64,000 nucleotides of DNA from Fimbriosthenelais zetlandica (lineage: Eukaryota): positions 29,512,001 to 29,576,000 of the forward strand of contig OZ365110.1 in assembly GCA_977030845.1 (NCBI GenBank), read 5' to 3'. Positions 1-12,616 of the stretch are shown here, piece by piece (the stretch's first letter is position 1; the number at the start of each line of letters is the position of its first letter). A program made the translations under genes and the position numbers. The notes beneath the pieces were generated by a model. It was not told the origin of the DNA and searched no databases. It saw only the letters and a program-made list of their open reading frames with translations.

Positions 1-3000
1 ATACGCTATCCCTGTGTAGTTATACTCGTACCGTATAGTATAATAACCGTAAAAGATTCAGATATGATATGACATAATATCATTCAGATGATATCTGTAC
101 CATAAAAATATACCGTATTACTTTTAGATGGAATATCTGCACCGTAGGAAATATACTGTTAAATTTCAGACAGGATATCTGTGCCGTAGAGAGAAAAAAT
201 ACCATTAAACAAATTTATTTTGATGGTCCCTTGTCTGGAGACCATAGAGCAGACGTCTCCTTAGTATGTCAGGTAGATGACCACTGTGTCACCTGTGGAG
301 GGAGGAGTTGCCAGTGTGTGGCTATCACTGGTATCCATTTGTAACGGGACAGTTTACCCCTCTAGCTGTATTTCAGCTCATATATTGCGTTATTTAGACA
401 AATTAATGTGAGGTCTCGCTCCTCCTCGTAACATCTAGAGACACTGGAGATAATATTCTCCGTAATTTGCCAATGACTCCGTGATTTGACCGATTCATGG
501 AAGGGTCACCGTAGTCCTGTTCAAGAGATGGCTCCATATATTTTTAATTACTTAATATCACCGTAAAAAGATAAACCGTAAGTTATTTAGGAAAAGTCCA
601 AACCATTGGCACTCTTCAGAGACTATCATGTAGTCTCTGTATAAAGTGAAATATCCGAATGACTCTCGAGAATTTCACTCGCTCTCCATTTTAATCTAGG
701 GGAGATGCAAGAAATAGCCCTTTTTAACACTTGCTATGTCCACCTGACCAACGTTTCTCTGGAGGAGAGAGTTCTCTGATCAAGCCACCAAACCCATCTA
801 TACATGGTTTTTCTAGAACTTCTGATAACTTAGTGATCCTTTGGATCAAAACTTGATCTGTAGCACTTACTCTTTGTAATGTGCTTATTGCAATGGAAGC
901 CACATACTACTACCCTTTTCTGCAGCAACCAATGTCCGTTCCGCACTCTAACGGCGGTATTGTCATTGAGGTCCCTCTAGCAATCTGGTTCCCGTCTTCA
1001 GACTAGGACTCTGCATAAGCAGGTGCACAAAACCTCTCTATCCATACCGAAAGAATGCGCCTTGCAAGGGCAAACGACCGACATTCACCAATGCGAAGGT
1101 TGAATTGTACTTCTCGTTGTGTATTCCGTACCTGGGATATTTATCTGAGCCGAGAAATCTCTGTATCAGTCTGCAGCTATTGTTGCCCTTTCCCCATGGC
1201 TCCTTACAGAGAGCAAAGAAACCATGGGGCGAGGGGCCCTTCTTTTCTTATGCTTCAGACATTCAGCTTGAAACATAACCCTCAGATTCCTTATGTTATG
1301 CCAGTCTACTTCGCCATAAGAACTTAGGCTTAGCCTGCCTCATGCCCATTTGTATCCCGTTTTCTCCAAGAGTAGTCTTGTCATGGAGATACATCTCCTT
1401 CTTGCAAGAGACTAAACCTGGAGGGCTGCAGTTGAGATTTCGTATAAACCGTATAAAAGTCTGTATGTCGACTTCATAGGTGATCCACGTACCATCTCAC
1501 CTAGCCTTTTGGTGTTTACTGTAAAGGTCCTTATAATGAACCTCAGAGGGGCCATCCCACTGCAGACCATATTCTTCCTTAGCCTTTAGTGGAAACTACC
1601 GATACATTAGCTCACCAAGTTTGAACTTGCGCTTTCATGCGTTCCTGTCAAACTCTCTTCAGGTGAGTAGCCAAATCTCTGAGTTCCTTGACCTATTCCT
1701 TCAGAAACTAAATGAAGGTGACCTGACTGGGGAAATCAAATCCATCCTTCCAGGATATTGAATGAATACCGCTATTCAGTTTTGGGACCATTTGGATAAA
1801 TTTTACCCTTTTAATCTACCCACTTCACTGTGGTAGATAGCCAATTTTCCATTATTTTTAGCCCACAGAATTCTTTTTGAATGCTTGAGGTGCTTTTTGC
1901 CCTGCGATCTGCCGAAACAGAGGAGGGTGGATCAAACCTCAAAAAAAGAAAACATAGGCCGCCATTTTCCATTTTTAAATATTTCAATTAGCGTATATAT
2001 CATGAAATCTTTTGGGCCTTAATAGTCTCTAAACATGCTGAGAATGTGCAGCAGTCTTTGAACTTGGCAAGCCCAAAAGGTTCCATGCCGTTAAAATATA
2101 CCGTATAATTAAGCATTAATGCTTTAAATTATTCCAACTTTGTGCTTAGCCCTTACAGGTCTGGAGGCAGGTACTGTAATGTCCTAATCCACAGCTGGGC
2201 CTGAAACAACCTCTCTGATTGATCGCTCAATATTAGTTCAGCCACAGCAGTGGAGGGTGACTTCTGCACCAAATAAGCAGGGCAATAACTTGCACAAGAC
2301 TATCGCATGCTGCTTGACAAAGCAGTGGTCAAACCAATTGACACTGGGTTTGCTATTAGCTGCCAAGCAAACAGATCATGCATCTCCGTTTTATATAAAT
2401 CCTTTAATTTTAAAGCAAGCCTAAGATTGGTATGAAGACCGTCATAGGCTAGCTTCCTCACATTATCCGTACAGCTACCTGTAGCTGTCTTTCTCTGGAA
2501 CTGTATTCAGCCCAGAAATAAATGGGTCCAAACGTTTTACCATATGAGGGGAAGCCCATGGGCTATTTTTGGGCTCAATTATCCCCTTTTATACCGTTAC
2601 CGACATTCCTGCTTCTACCTATTATCGACAGTGCATTGGCATCCGTCAATAGGTCTCTCCAATAGGTGTGGTATATATCCTGTTTTAATCTCCATAAACA
2701 AGATGGGTTGCTGCCATCCTGTATATGGCCTGTCAGGGTTGATGTCCGTTGGTAACATCAGAGCCATGTCAGAGATTCAAGTTTCTCTTAAACCTCAGAG
2801 AGGCATGTCCTGACTCATCCATATAGGCTTTCCCATAGGATCATAAAGGGACCATCACCATAGCCATTAATTGTGACACTCACATGGCTAGAATTCCGAC
2901 AATCATCTTAAGCAATCCGCGCTATTGGAGCTTAAATAGCCACCAGTCACCTGTGCAGGTCCTCACATCGATCAGGCATAGCTTTATCTTATAGGGGTTC

Positions 3001-5169
3001 ACCTATATAAGCTTCCCCTGTCGTGCTCTTACCTTGCAACTCATCAGGACTGAATCATCTCTGAGGGAAGATGGGCTACTCCAACTAAAGGTACATTTAT
3101 GTCCAGACACAAACCGTTACCATCCCCGGCCAGCCCGGAGACTACCGGTCTCAAATAAAAATGTACCCCGCGACTTTAATCGGGAACATATAACATTTAT
3201 ATAAACACCTTCAGTCCGTATCGCATCTCCACTGGCAACTGTCACCTTCAACAATGTCGGTCATAGTAAAGGTGCAGTGCCAAGGGAGTTGAAATACTTA
3301 TTGTTAATAAGCGGCATAATGACGCAAATGTACCAACAAAATTCTCATCCCTTGGAATTGAATACTGCCCGGATCGTACCATCTCTCTTTGACCAACATT
3401 CTGTGGGTCTGTGAGGCACAAATACCGTTCGTTAAATCAGTGAGTCTCAGTGTCCGGACTACCCATTGACCATCTCGTTCTGTGACAGAGAACACCCTAG
3501 GCCTGTCATTGGACTGACTTCCCTCTTAGGGGCATATGACCTCCCCCAGAGGGGCAACCTGTACCCTGAGATAGGGATCGTCCGACTTGTCGGAGGCGGG
3601 ACACACCCGTCACTCCGTGGCACCAGAGCAGGGACATACCCATCGCTCCGCGGCTTCCACCCTTCTCCTGACGAACCGTTTTGTTGTGTGGCACTCTGAG
3701 GCCCGCCGATCATGTCAGATGCACCCTAAGGGTTTACTGCAGGTGTGAAGGCTTTCTCGCGGTCGGGATTTACCCGACACCACATTCAGGTCCATCCAAC
3801 ATGCCGACTTAGATTACTAATATGCCCACCATTAGCAACCGCTGGCTTTTTCTTTTTAATTTGGTCCATCTCTGCTGGCTCAGAACAGCCAGACTGAGAG
3901 TGGCACTCCATCAGCTAAGAAAGTCCTGTCAAAAACTTAATTTTGTCATTTCCTCCTATCAATTTCCATAACCATGTGTCTGTTGTCACAGCAGGCAAAA
4001 CATTACACCTCTCTTTGCAACCGTTTTCTTTTTCTTCCCTCCCACACCAGTGTCAGACTAACATTGCTATGTAAGTCATTCATCTGACACATCGATAGAT
4101 GTGGAAATTCCTAGGGACAAACCATGCCTTTCAACCTTCCTCCTATAGAAGGCTGATACCAGAGGATCATGTTCCTTTTAAACCGTCTTAAATCTGTGAC
4201 ATATGCAGAAGACCTTCGGCCAATTTATATTCATAAATATCATTAGAAGTTGACATGTATACGAAATGGTTCCGAAGCTCCAGACACAATTTTCCTGGCC
4301 TGGCTTTTATGGCCTTGGAAAGGTTATTTTCTAAATTTCAGGGGAGTAAAAATATGAGCTGCATGGGCTAGCTGCATTTCATTTTACTTTATCCCCAACA
4401 TAAACCATCTAAAGGCTGTGGAAGACTTGCAGCCTTTTACCGTTTTTCATTTTGTTTAATCAAAATCATTATCATTTTCCATCATACAGCTTATATGATG
4501 GCCGTTGTTTAACAAATCATGCAGGCCTACATCTTCTCCAGACCGACGGTTCAGATCCCAGCTGAGAAGAGAAGGGCTCTTCCCCATATTGGACAAAGAG
4601 GTAACTTTCAGGGAGCAATACACTTCATCTCTCTGACCCAGAGCTCCTTCACCAGTGGAAAAAAATCGTTCCGACGTTCCCAGGTCTGGTTCAGCAAATA
4701 AAAGGCCTATACATTCCGTTTATTTTGTCTAATACACCCTCATCACTCCCACACGTTCTATAGTGTAGAATAATGTACTAGGAGAGATGCCAGTGTCCTG
4801 GGACAGGCGTCACTTTTCATGTACTACTGACGCTGACCAACCATATGGGTGGGGCTATTACACCCTCATCCAGCTCTACTCAATGGAGTGTTCCATTTAT
4901 TCCGTTTGGAAGGTCCTAGGCTTTGTCCATATTTTTAATAGAGCAAAGCATCCGATCCATACCTTCCATCTGGTCCAGGTAACTGACCAGCAGAGGAGGC
5001 AGCCAATCCACTCTGCCAGAGGCATTCACTCCAGTCTGAGTGGATTTCCAGCCACCTTCCCTTCTATCTGATTTCTCAGATGTCCGAAAACTCGGGCAAG
5101 CTCCGAGACAATACCGTTCTTTTCCACCAGAATATTCAAGTCTACTACCACAAGTGGGTTCGAGAGAAA

Positions 5170-5187
5170 ATCCTGGTCACGGCACCA
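5170..5187 (-). other. Primer-binding site of the Gypsy element, complementary to the tRNA-His 3' end
   Basis: Minus strand reads ...CTACA-AT-TGGTGCCGTGACCAGGAT: an LTR end (ACA), a 2-nt spacer, then a 16/18 match to the canonical His PBS TGGTGCCGTGACTCGGAT. Confidence 0.75.
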
Positions 5188-5189
5188 AT

Positions 5190-5404
5190 TGTAGTGAGCT
5201 GAGTCCGAGTAGTCGTCCTGTCTTTGACCGTATATAAGAAACCGTTTTATGCCTCCAAAGCTTAAACAAGTTAAGTTGCAAAATAATGAACCAGATTTGG
5301 TTTCCCGTGTTTTACAACCACTTTTATTAGGCTCTCATGGCTGGGTCTATTGAAGACCGATTACAAGTTAGAATGCTCCAGCGGGTAACCCCTCGCTTCA
5401 GACA
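5190..5404 (-). repeat. Putative 5' LTR of the Gypsy element
   Basis: Bounded by TGT...ACA on the minus strand, abuts the PBS, and contains AATAAA (5328-5323). The outer boundary is a guess because no second LTR is visible in the window. Confidence 0.45.
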
Positions 5405-5927
5405 TTAGACTTGGTGAAGTATACAACATGTGATGTTAGGTTAATGACAATACAGAATGACATGACCTGCATGTAACCCTAGACAATACATAGGATAAGT
5501 ATATTTAAAAACATCTACTTCACAAGTAACTTGCAGAAATAAAGAGTGATTTAATTGACATTTTATATATTGAGTTTATGAATAGGTGTGTACTTGAGTA
5601 CAGACACCACCTGGTGATAAATTATACAAAGGTAGCTCCATGTAGTATTACAGTACATACATGGTTCATATTATGGCTACCTGGGGCACCACATATGGAA
5701 AAATCCTTACAGATGAGATTAAATAGCTTTCCATGTCACGAAAAATCTAAATAAATTTAGTCAGAGACTCTGGTTATTACTAGGGCACTTATATACATGT
5801 TCCAGTCTTCCCAGAGTTTGAACGTAGATTTAGCTATTCAAATTTTGGCTCTTTCGCCACAACATAATAATGGTAGTTTTTTTCCATTTCAGCACTGGTG
5901 TGGGGCCATGAAAGACCTCGGTTAATA

Positions 5928-6260
5928 GGGCCCCTCCACTAGGTGCGAACTGCTTGCGAATGTGTGCTATGGTTTTTGCCTGCGAATGCTTGCGAATATC
6001 GCCTGTCCATCGCAAGCATTCGCAGGCCGCTCCTCCACCCTGCGACTACCTGCGAATGGCTGCGATGTCGATATCACGTAGCAACTGATCGCTTCGAATA
6101 TCAAAACTTTTTGATATTTAAAGCGATGTCGCAAGGCATTGCAAGGTCTCGCAAGGCATGAGAGAAGCAGCTCCTCCACTATAGAGAATGGTTGCGATGA
6201 TGCTGGCGGCGATGAACATCGCACACATTCGCAAGCAGTTCGCACCTAGTGGAGGAGCCC
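5928..6260. mobile_element. MITE (non-autonomous DNA transposon) with ~40-bp terminal inverted repeats and TA flanks
   Basis: Left end GGGCCCCTCCACTAGGTGCGAACTGCTTGCGAATGTGTGC and right end GCACACATTCGCAAGCAGTTCGCACCTAGTGGAGGAGCCC are inverted with 1 mismatch. TA lies at 5926-5927 and 6261-6262. The interior is rich in TGCGA/TCGCA subrepeats. Confidence 0.85.
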
Positions 6261-6426
6261 TATAAGCTCTTCATCTTTCATGGTTCAATACCACTGTGAC
6301 CACAGCTGTTCAGGCTGTTTATAAGGCCCCGTATTTGGACCTAAAAATCCTGCCTGGTTTGGAAAATAATGTACATTAATTATGTGTATTGGGTAAAAAA
6401 TATCATCAGGGAAAAGAATCATTCAC

Positions 6427-6615
6427 CTGTTTGGCGATGAGTTTTTGGACTCCTTGCGGGGCTGCTCTAGTAGGAGTGTTGATAGTGTGAGACTCCCCGA
6501 GTACTCTCTTCATGGACTCTTTTTGATTCATGTCAGAAAAGGGGGAGTCTAAATCGCTTGAGTTAAATGGCAGGTTCTCGTTGTTTATGAAGTCTTCACT
6601 CGTATCCAGACTCAT
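6427..6615 (-). CDS. First coding exon (63 codons, phase 0) of a gene continuing off the left edge; probably TACC family (TACC3/Maskin-like N-terminus)
   Basis: Strong acceptor (long T-rich tract, GCAG|tATG at 6617), ATG at 6615, donor CAG|GTGAAT at 6426. Peptide MSLDTSEDFINNENLPF...NTPTR...KQ resembles the TACC3/Maskin start MSL..INDEN...QTPLR. The position head-to-head with NSMCE4 mirrors vertebrate NSMCE4A-TACC2. The TACC domain is not in the window, so the identity is unproven. Confidence 0.55.
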
Positions 6616-7733
6616 ACTGCAAAAAAAGAAAAAAAAATGACAATCAGGTCAAATATGACAATTAGAATCATTGGGAAAAAAAATTGATTTAATTTTACTG
6701 ACGTGAGCCTTATGCCAATCAGATGAGCCCTTGCTTGCCAAGGTAGGGTATGAACTTAATATGAGAAATATCAAATCAATCATGGATTAGATCTCTATAC
6801 TTCAATAAATTAATCAATTGATAGGTCATTGGAATGTCACCAATCTAGGAACTGAGTCAGTGTATTGGTAATTTATGTGTAGAGAAAATTTGAAAATCAA
6901 ATCTAGGCTAGGCTAGAGCCTAGAGGCCATAATTATAGAATGATAAACTGGCCTAGCCATGGTAATACTATAATGATCATTGATGGAGCTCTCTTTTAGT
7001 TACGGTACCCGGTACCTAAACTAAAAGGTCACTCAGTCTCAGTGAATGGGCACAAAATACATGCCTCTTTGTGTCACACTCACACTATCTTTGCTCACAG
7101 TGCCAGTGGGATCAGTCTGATAATTAATGATAAATTAATGTCCCTAAATCAGCAGGCCAATTTGTAGACAGAGTATATATGCATCTCTCATCAAGGCTTG
7201 GCGAGAGATTGAAGGTAAAGTATAGGGCTGGTTATTCTGGCTGGTACGCGGTATGCAATTTGATGATCATGTCAGTTGTCACTTGCCAATGCACTAAACT
7301 TATATCTAAAGACTATGCTACTACATAAATGATCATAAATATACACAGGCCTGACAGGGCTAGCCTGTAGGCTGTAGGCCTACATCATACATGTCATACA
7401 GACGGTCTAAGACTAAGTAACTAATAATTAATACTATAGTATTACTATTCCCAAAGAGATTCATTATTGGAAGCACTTTTGACTGATATGTCTTCTATTT
7501 TTTTTGCAGTTCCATCGTAAACTCATTCACAGTGTTCTTTTTGTCCAAGTTGTAGACACGTAGTCCCCAGGCCTACCTACTATTATAGATTGAGAATGTC
7601 CACTGCACTGGCAGTGGCACAGCCAAATGTCAAATTCAAAACAACGCATTTGACAGTAATGATTCAAATAGAATGAACAGGATTGCATCATAACAATTAG
7701 AATCTTCCTCTCGGAAACTGTTTAAAACATTAC

Positions 7734-7880
7734 CTGAACTGATTTCCGTGTGGTTTACTATTCCAGGGCAAGTATTTGAAGAAAAATGTGCTGTCTGAAC
7801 TATCGAGCACGGTGCTGAATGAGTCCGCTCAAAATTTGAAACTGACCCAGTTCTTGCACTGACCTTGACCCTGTACGCAT
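7734..7880 (-). other. Probable non-coding first exon of the TACC-like gene
   Basis: Consensus donor CAG|GTAATG at 7733, immediately downstream of the ETS-containing promoter. The TSS position is approximate. Confidence 0.45.
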
Positions 7881-7963
7881 GTGCAGACGACACCGGAAGC
7901 AAAATATTTACCACTTCCGGATTTATTTGGCGGTAGCACAGCAATACAAATCAGAGGAAAGAA
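7860..7963. promoter_or_regulatory. Bidirectional promoter of TACC-like and NSMCE4 with an inverted pair of ETS/GABP sites
   Basis: CCGGAAG at 7893-7899 and ACTTCCGG at 7913-7920 in opposite orientations, an NRF1-like CGCATGTGCA at 7876-7885, and the NSMCE4 ATG 44 nt further on. Confidence 0.65.
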
Positions 7964-10900
7964 ATGGGTATGTTTATAGTTTTTCTTGATTAATTTCGCC
8001 TCAGTGTTTAAGAAGCTATCAATAGAATGATTCTTCTTTCTTTGAGTACGGTTTGTTTGACTTCATTAATATTCTTGGTATGTAAAAATGAATTCATGTC
8101 ACCTGGAGGCACGATGCCTGGCCCTGAGGACGAGGTAGCCCAAACTCTTGACTGTCTTCTCGTCAGGGGACAGTCAAGAGTTTCACAAGACTTGTGTCTA
8201 CAGTCCTGGGATGGTCCTTTTGTAGCCTAGCTAGGCCTAGGGCCTACTACTACTAGGCCTCCACGTATCCAGTAGGCCTATTGACAAACAGGCATTGCCA
8301 TTGCCATTGGTTTTAATTTTGGCGCGTGCTAATGATGATCAGATTGAATTGATTGAAAGATGAGGTCAGATTTAATAATATTCAATGTTATGAACTCGCA
8401 TTTGAACTCTAGTCTAGCCATGGCATGGACTAATGTCAAATTGGCAAAATGAAAATTCAACAAAATGTAACTTGTTAATGATAGATCTAACAGTAACAGC
8501 CTCAGGTTATAACATAAGAGGTAAAAGAATGAATTATAAAATTACAGTGGTGCCCGTAAGGATGAACAACAATTAACAAATAAAAAGAAAATAGCGGTGG
8601 CGTTACTGGCGTATCTTAGTGTTCACCAATCACTTGATGTGATTTCCCTCCTATCCGTGGCGTAGCCGTAGGAAGCGGAACATGTCTGAGTCCTGTCTTA
8701 TCTAAGATTTGTATGCCTATCTTTTACAGCAAACTCATGTGGACCCGGCGACGGGTCTCCCTACCAGGACCCGAAAGAAAGGCGAAATATCCGAAGGCAG
8801 TTCAGGGATCTGCTCCATCAAACCAAAGGTACGATATGCCCTCCATATTTGGATCCCCAAGTCTTTGCCAATGGAATTAAAATCCTAACAATTCGCTACA
8901 CAATACAATTATTTTGATTAAAAAAATATATAAAAGTACTGTGTAATAGCCTAATTTAGGCTATTCATTCAAAGGCCCCTAGCCCAAGCATATCAATAGT
9001 TTATTAATCATGTAGTAATGATTCTTTTGTTTTTAGAGAGGAAAGAAGAGCTTCTCTCCCGCGAGCATGGCCCGGCCATGTTGAACAACATGTTGAATAG
9101 AACCAACAATATCTTTTCTAATGGTAAGTTACTTTTGTGTAAATTGATTATTGAAGCACTCCCTCTGCCCTGGTCCCCCACGTTTTTTTCAAAATGAGTA
9201 TAGACCTACCTTTGTGAATATCATCTTTAACTGAAGTTTGTTTTTGTAGTGAAGATGCCTCGAGAAGCTGCACTCGATTCGCAGATTATTGCCACCCTGG
9301 CGCAGATGGGTAAACAACAAGTGCAGGCCTTACAGACAGAATTTGTTACTTTCCAACCTGTGGAATACACAGAAAAACTGGTAAATAAAATGGCCTTTTC
9401 TTTCTAGATGTTTCCCGGTGTATCAAAATTATTTCTTGATACCCGTATTATTGTTCCAGATATTGCTAGAAATTTTAACTAGCTTTGTTGCAAGTAAGCC
9501 TACTTTTCTAGATCAAATTGCCACAATTATTTTAATTTCAGTTGGGGCATTTTGGAGTTCAGCGGATGAATGAAGGTGGAGAGACAGAAGCAGTGACTGG
9601 TGAAATGTGGGAAGAACTAGGCAAAAATGTGTCTCCATGCTTCAGGAAAGCGCCAGTGCTTAACTTCTTGTATGTTTGTCTTTGTTTTTTATCGTCTCTT
9701 CATGTTAATTAGAACACTCTCATCTGTGCATTTCAAGATTAATCATTAATTTGTATAAATTGCAATATTAGATGGAACGTATTTTAAAAGCCTAGCAGGG
9801 TACGAGCTACGGTTTGCATTTGTCGCCAATTAAGAATACAATTATTGATTTGGCGATTATTGCCTTGCAGTTGGTTACAATATTGAAGAGGCACTGGGGT
9901 AGGGGTACAAGTAGGTTGGGGGGGGGGGGGGTTGTTACTGATCGTAGCTTTTGGTGGGTTCGAGGCGTAGGACGGGGCTAAGCTTTCACACCTGCAGTAA
10001 ACGCTCTCGTGCAGAGTAAAAGTGGCCAATAATCCACCGGCAATAGCCCAATAGTCGACTGAAACCACCAAAGCAGTTCATTAAACTATCTTCGAGTAAA
10101 GTAATTATTATTACAAAATTACCCCCCACCACCCACCCGGCTTCTTTCTTTTGCATTTGGCTTATAGAAGCCCAAATTGGAGACAACAATTGGTCTGCTC
10201 TTTGAGGTCTGGCTGGAGCCTTACCGCTATGTCCCTTCAATATATAATATAAGCTATGCCCTTTCAACATATAGGGCTACTGTAGTAATAACTGTCCTCC
10301 TTGCCTTCTAGGTTCGGAGCTTTTGATAGGGGACCACCTAAAGAGAAGGTCCGCGTTGAAAGACGGCAGAAGGTAAAAGACCAAGTGGCAAAGACGGCTG
10401 TCGTACCGAAACAGGTAAAGTGAATATTACACTAAGTTCAGGATCAGACTTCATTTTATGATTTAGAGAAATTTTTGAAATAAATGACTTATCTATGTTA
10501 TATTGATTCAGATAGATATGTCAAGTATAAAATAAATTGCAGGTATTGATATATTATAGGCGACACAATGGTAGGCTATACAATATTGTTTTTATTATTT
10601 TCAGATCCGAGATATCAACGATCAGGAGAAACGAGAGGCCACCACGGAGGAAGTGGAGCATATCCTAGCTTTTCTAAACCTGTATTACGAAAAGTGGGAC
10701 AGTAAGTAGAGTTTGATCATTCATATACCTCTGTAAGATAATATTGAAAATCTTTTCTTATTATACACAACTGGTAATTATTGTTCATTTGGTGTATTTA
10801 ATTTTCAGAGCAACCAATTTGTTACTTTGAGTTCGTGGTTGATCCGATGAGCTTCGGCAGAACTGTCGAGAACATATTCTACACTTCTTTTCTTGTGAGG

Positions 10901-12036
10901 GTAAGTCAGCATTCCTTTATCTAGTTTAAGTTCTTTAATTAAGTGAAGCACTCCTCATTGAAATGAGGTATACAAATTTTGAGGAATTTCAACTGAGCTC
11001 TTTAGCCAGCAGACAAACATACTGACCGACTGAAACATACTGAAGTAATTTTTCTTTTCAATAAAGCTACATTTCCGAAATCAGAAATTGTCGAAAAAAC
11101 TGTTCACCCGCTTCGAACTTTTAGATGGCGCGCATGAAGGATTTAAACATCATTAGGCTATTAATATTTCAATAAGTTAAAGTAGGACTGTTAATTCTAG
11201 GATGGCCACGTGCGTATCTTCCTTGATGACGACAAGCTGCCTGTGATAGGTAAGTTTCAATGCAATTCCTTGATATTCTGTTAGTAGAACCTCTTAGGCG
11301 CATCAGAATTGATTTCTTGTTTCCGGTTACATGGAAATTTCAAAAGAGGGTAGGTAGGTCGGGTTTTAATTTATTTATAAAAAAATTTCTATGGACCTTT
11401 TGACAGGGTAGGTAGGCTTTAAAAAACCGGAAACAAGAAATCAATTCTGATGCGCCTTGTGAAATTTCCCGGTACATCTTTAGTTTTAGTGATATGACTT
11501 TAATTTTAGGATGATACCACATAAAATCTAATTTCTTAAACTTATGAAATTTCCTGGTACTCCTTTAGTGATATAATTCTAGGATGATACCCACATAAAT
11601 GTCCTATCCCAATGGAGTTCAATTGGAGGGCGATACCCTCATAAATGTCCTACCTCAATATTATTAAATGGTGATTACAGTGTTTTCAACTCATTTACTT
11701 CAGAACCAGTACAACCGAATGAGAATGGACCGAGCGGCAGTGATTCAGCAGAGAGAAGTCAAGTGGTGCAGTCTATTACTAAAAGTGAATGGGAGGTGAG
11801 AAGATGCCGGACCTAAATTATATCTATAAATTTATATAATTAAGAAGGTCTGAAATATACCAGCTCAACGGGGCAAGGGTCTAGGGTATCTAAACATATT
11901 GCTTTTAAATTTTCAAATTATTTTATTCTGAATATGTTTTCTTGTTTCTGACATTTGTCTTTTCTAATTTTCACAGGAGATCGTGAGAATTTTTAAAATA
12001 CAGTCTGCCCTCATTCCTCTAAAGAAAAAGGCATAA
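7964..12036 (+). CDS. NSMCE4A: Non-SMC element 4 (Nse4 kleisin of the SMC5/6 complex), 11 coding exons, 313 aa
   Basis: Exons 7964-7967, 8730-8828, 9037-9123, 9250-9380, 9542-9669, 10312-10414, 10605-10701, 10809-10900, 11201-11249, 11704-11795, 11977-12036. All introns are GT-AG, phases are compatible, total 942 nt. Motifs include [22 protein letters not shown] and the Nse4_C signature [28 protein letters not shown]. Confidence 0.93.
11296..11457. mobile_element. MITE in NSMCE4 intron 9 with 33-bp perfect terminal inverted repeats
   Basis: AGGCGCATCAGAATTGATTTCTTGTTTCCGGTT (11296-11328) and its exact reverse complement (11425-11457). GGGTAGGTAGG occurs twice inside. Confidence 0.8.
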
Positions 12037-12610
12037 AATGTAAGCTGAATGAAGTGTATTTCATATTGGTGCTCCTCTCATATACTACACGCATTGCTCT
12101 GTCTTCTAGTCAAGTTGAAGGATGTGAAAGACAGTAAAAGAGATTGTGCCAGATATCCCTCAAGAAAGGAAAAACAGTTTTATATTTATTCAAAGCATTC
12201 CTTGTTATGTAACGTAAAGTCTTCTCAAAATGATGAGCTTTTGGCACAAATATAGGGACCATTTGTATCTAGGAAAGTTTTGCGTATCTGCTAATTCCGG
12301 TATTCACTGTGAATATACATGGTACTGTTAGTACAACACTGTTAATACAGCACTGATTTTAAGGATCGTCAGGCAATGTTCCAAAATGTTCGTTTGAAAA
12401 CTTTCACATGATAATTACACGTCATGGCCGTTTTATCCACTTTAGCCGTCTAACATAAGTTCACGCTGTGAAAATTGAATTTGTGTATTACAGTAAGTTC
12501 TTTTTGCGTTCTCGCCAGTAACTCGATTGTAGAGGAAGAACATGGTGTATATTTAACTCGCTGTCCAGGCTTTGCGTACAGATTTGTAAATTTCAAACAC
12601 TATTTTTATG

Positions 12611-12616
12611 AATAAA
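12611..12616 (+). terminator. Likely NSMCE4 polyadenylation signal
   Basis: AATAAA ~575 nt after the stop, followed by U/GU-rich sequence. Confidence 0.55.

Larger units (their letters stand above)
240..5404 (-). mobile_element. Degenerate Ty3/Gypsy LTR retrotransposon (LTR-PBS-gag-PR-truncated RT-INT) inside an intron of the TACC-like gene
   Basis: Minus-strand remnants in Gypsy order: PBS at 5187-5170; a protease-like stretch near 3310-3210 (LINNKYFNSLGTAPLL..TLLKVTVASGDAIRTEG); a clear RT N-terminal motif KGIIEPKNSPWASP...LNTVPEKDSY at ~2590-2480; an integrase-core-like DY*GPKDFMIYTLIEIFKNGKW at ~2030-1960; a GPY/F-like LQWDGPSEV at ~1565-1538. Many stops and frameshifts. The left boundary is uncertain. 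Confidence 0.75.

Noticed and set aside
650-1100. Faint second set of RT-like motifs downstream of the integrase (would imply Gmr1-type domain order)
   Set aside because: A much clearer RT motif lies upstream of the integrase at ~2590-2480. The downstream resemblance needs several stops and gaps and may be over-reading.
7636-7944. 102-aa minus-strand ORF over the bidirectional promoter
   Set aside because: It starts at a non-ATG codon, crosses the 7733 donor into intron, and has no recognisable motifs. The region is better explained as promoter plus 5'UTR exon.
3732-10002. 18-nt exact inverted match between 3732-3749 and 9985-10002 (TTCACACCTGCAGTAAAC)
   Set aside because: The similarity does not extend, and one such match in a 64-kb self-comparison is plausible by chance.
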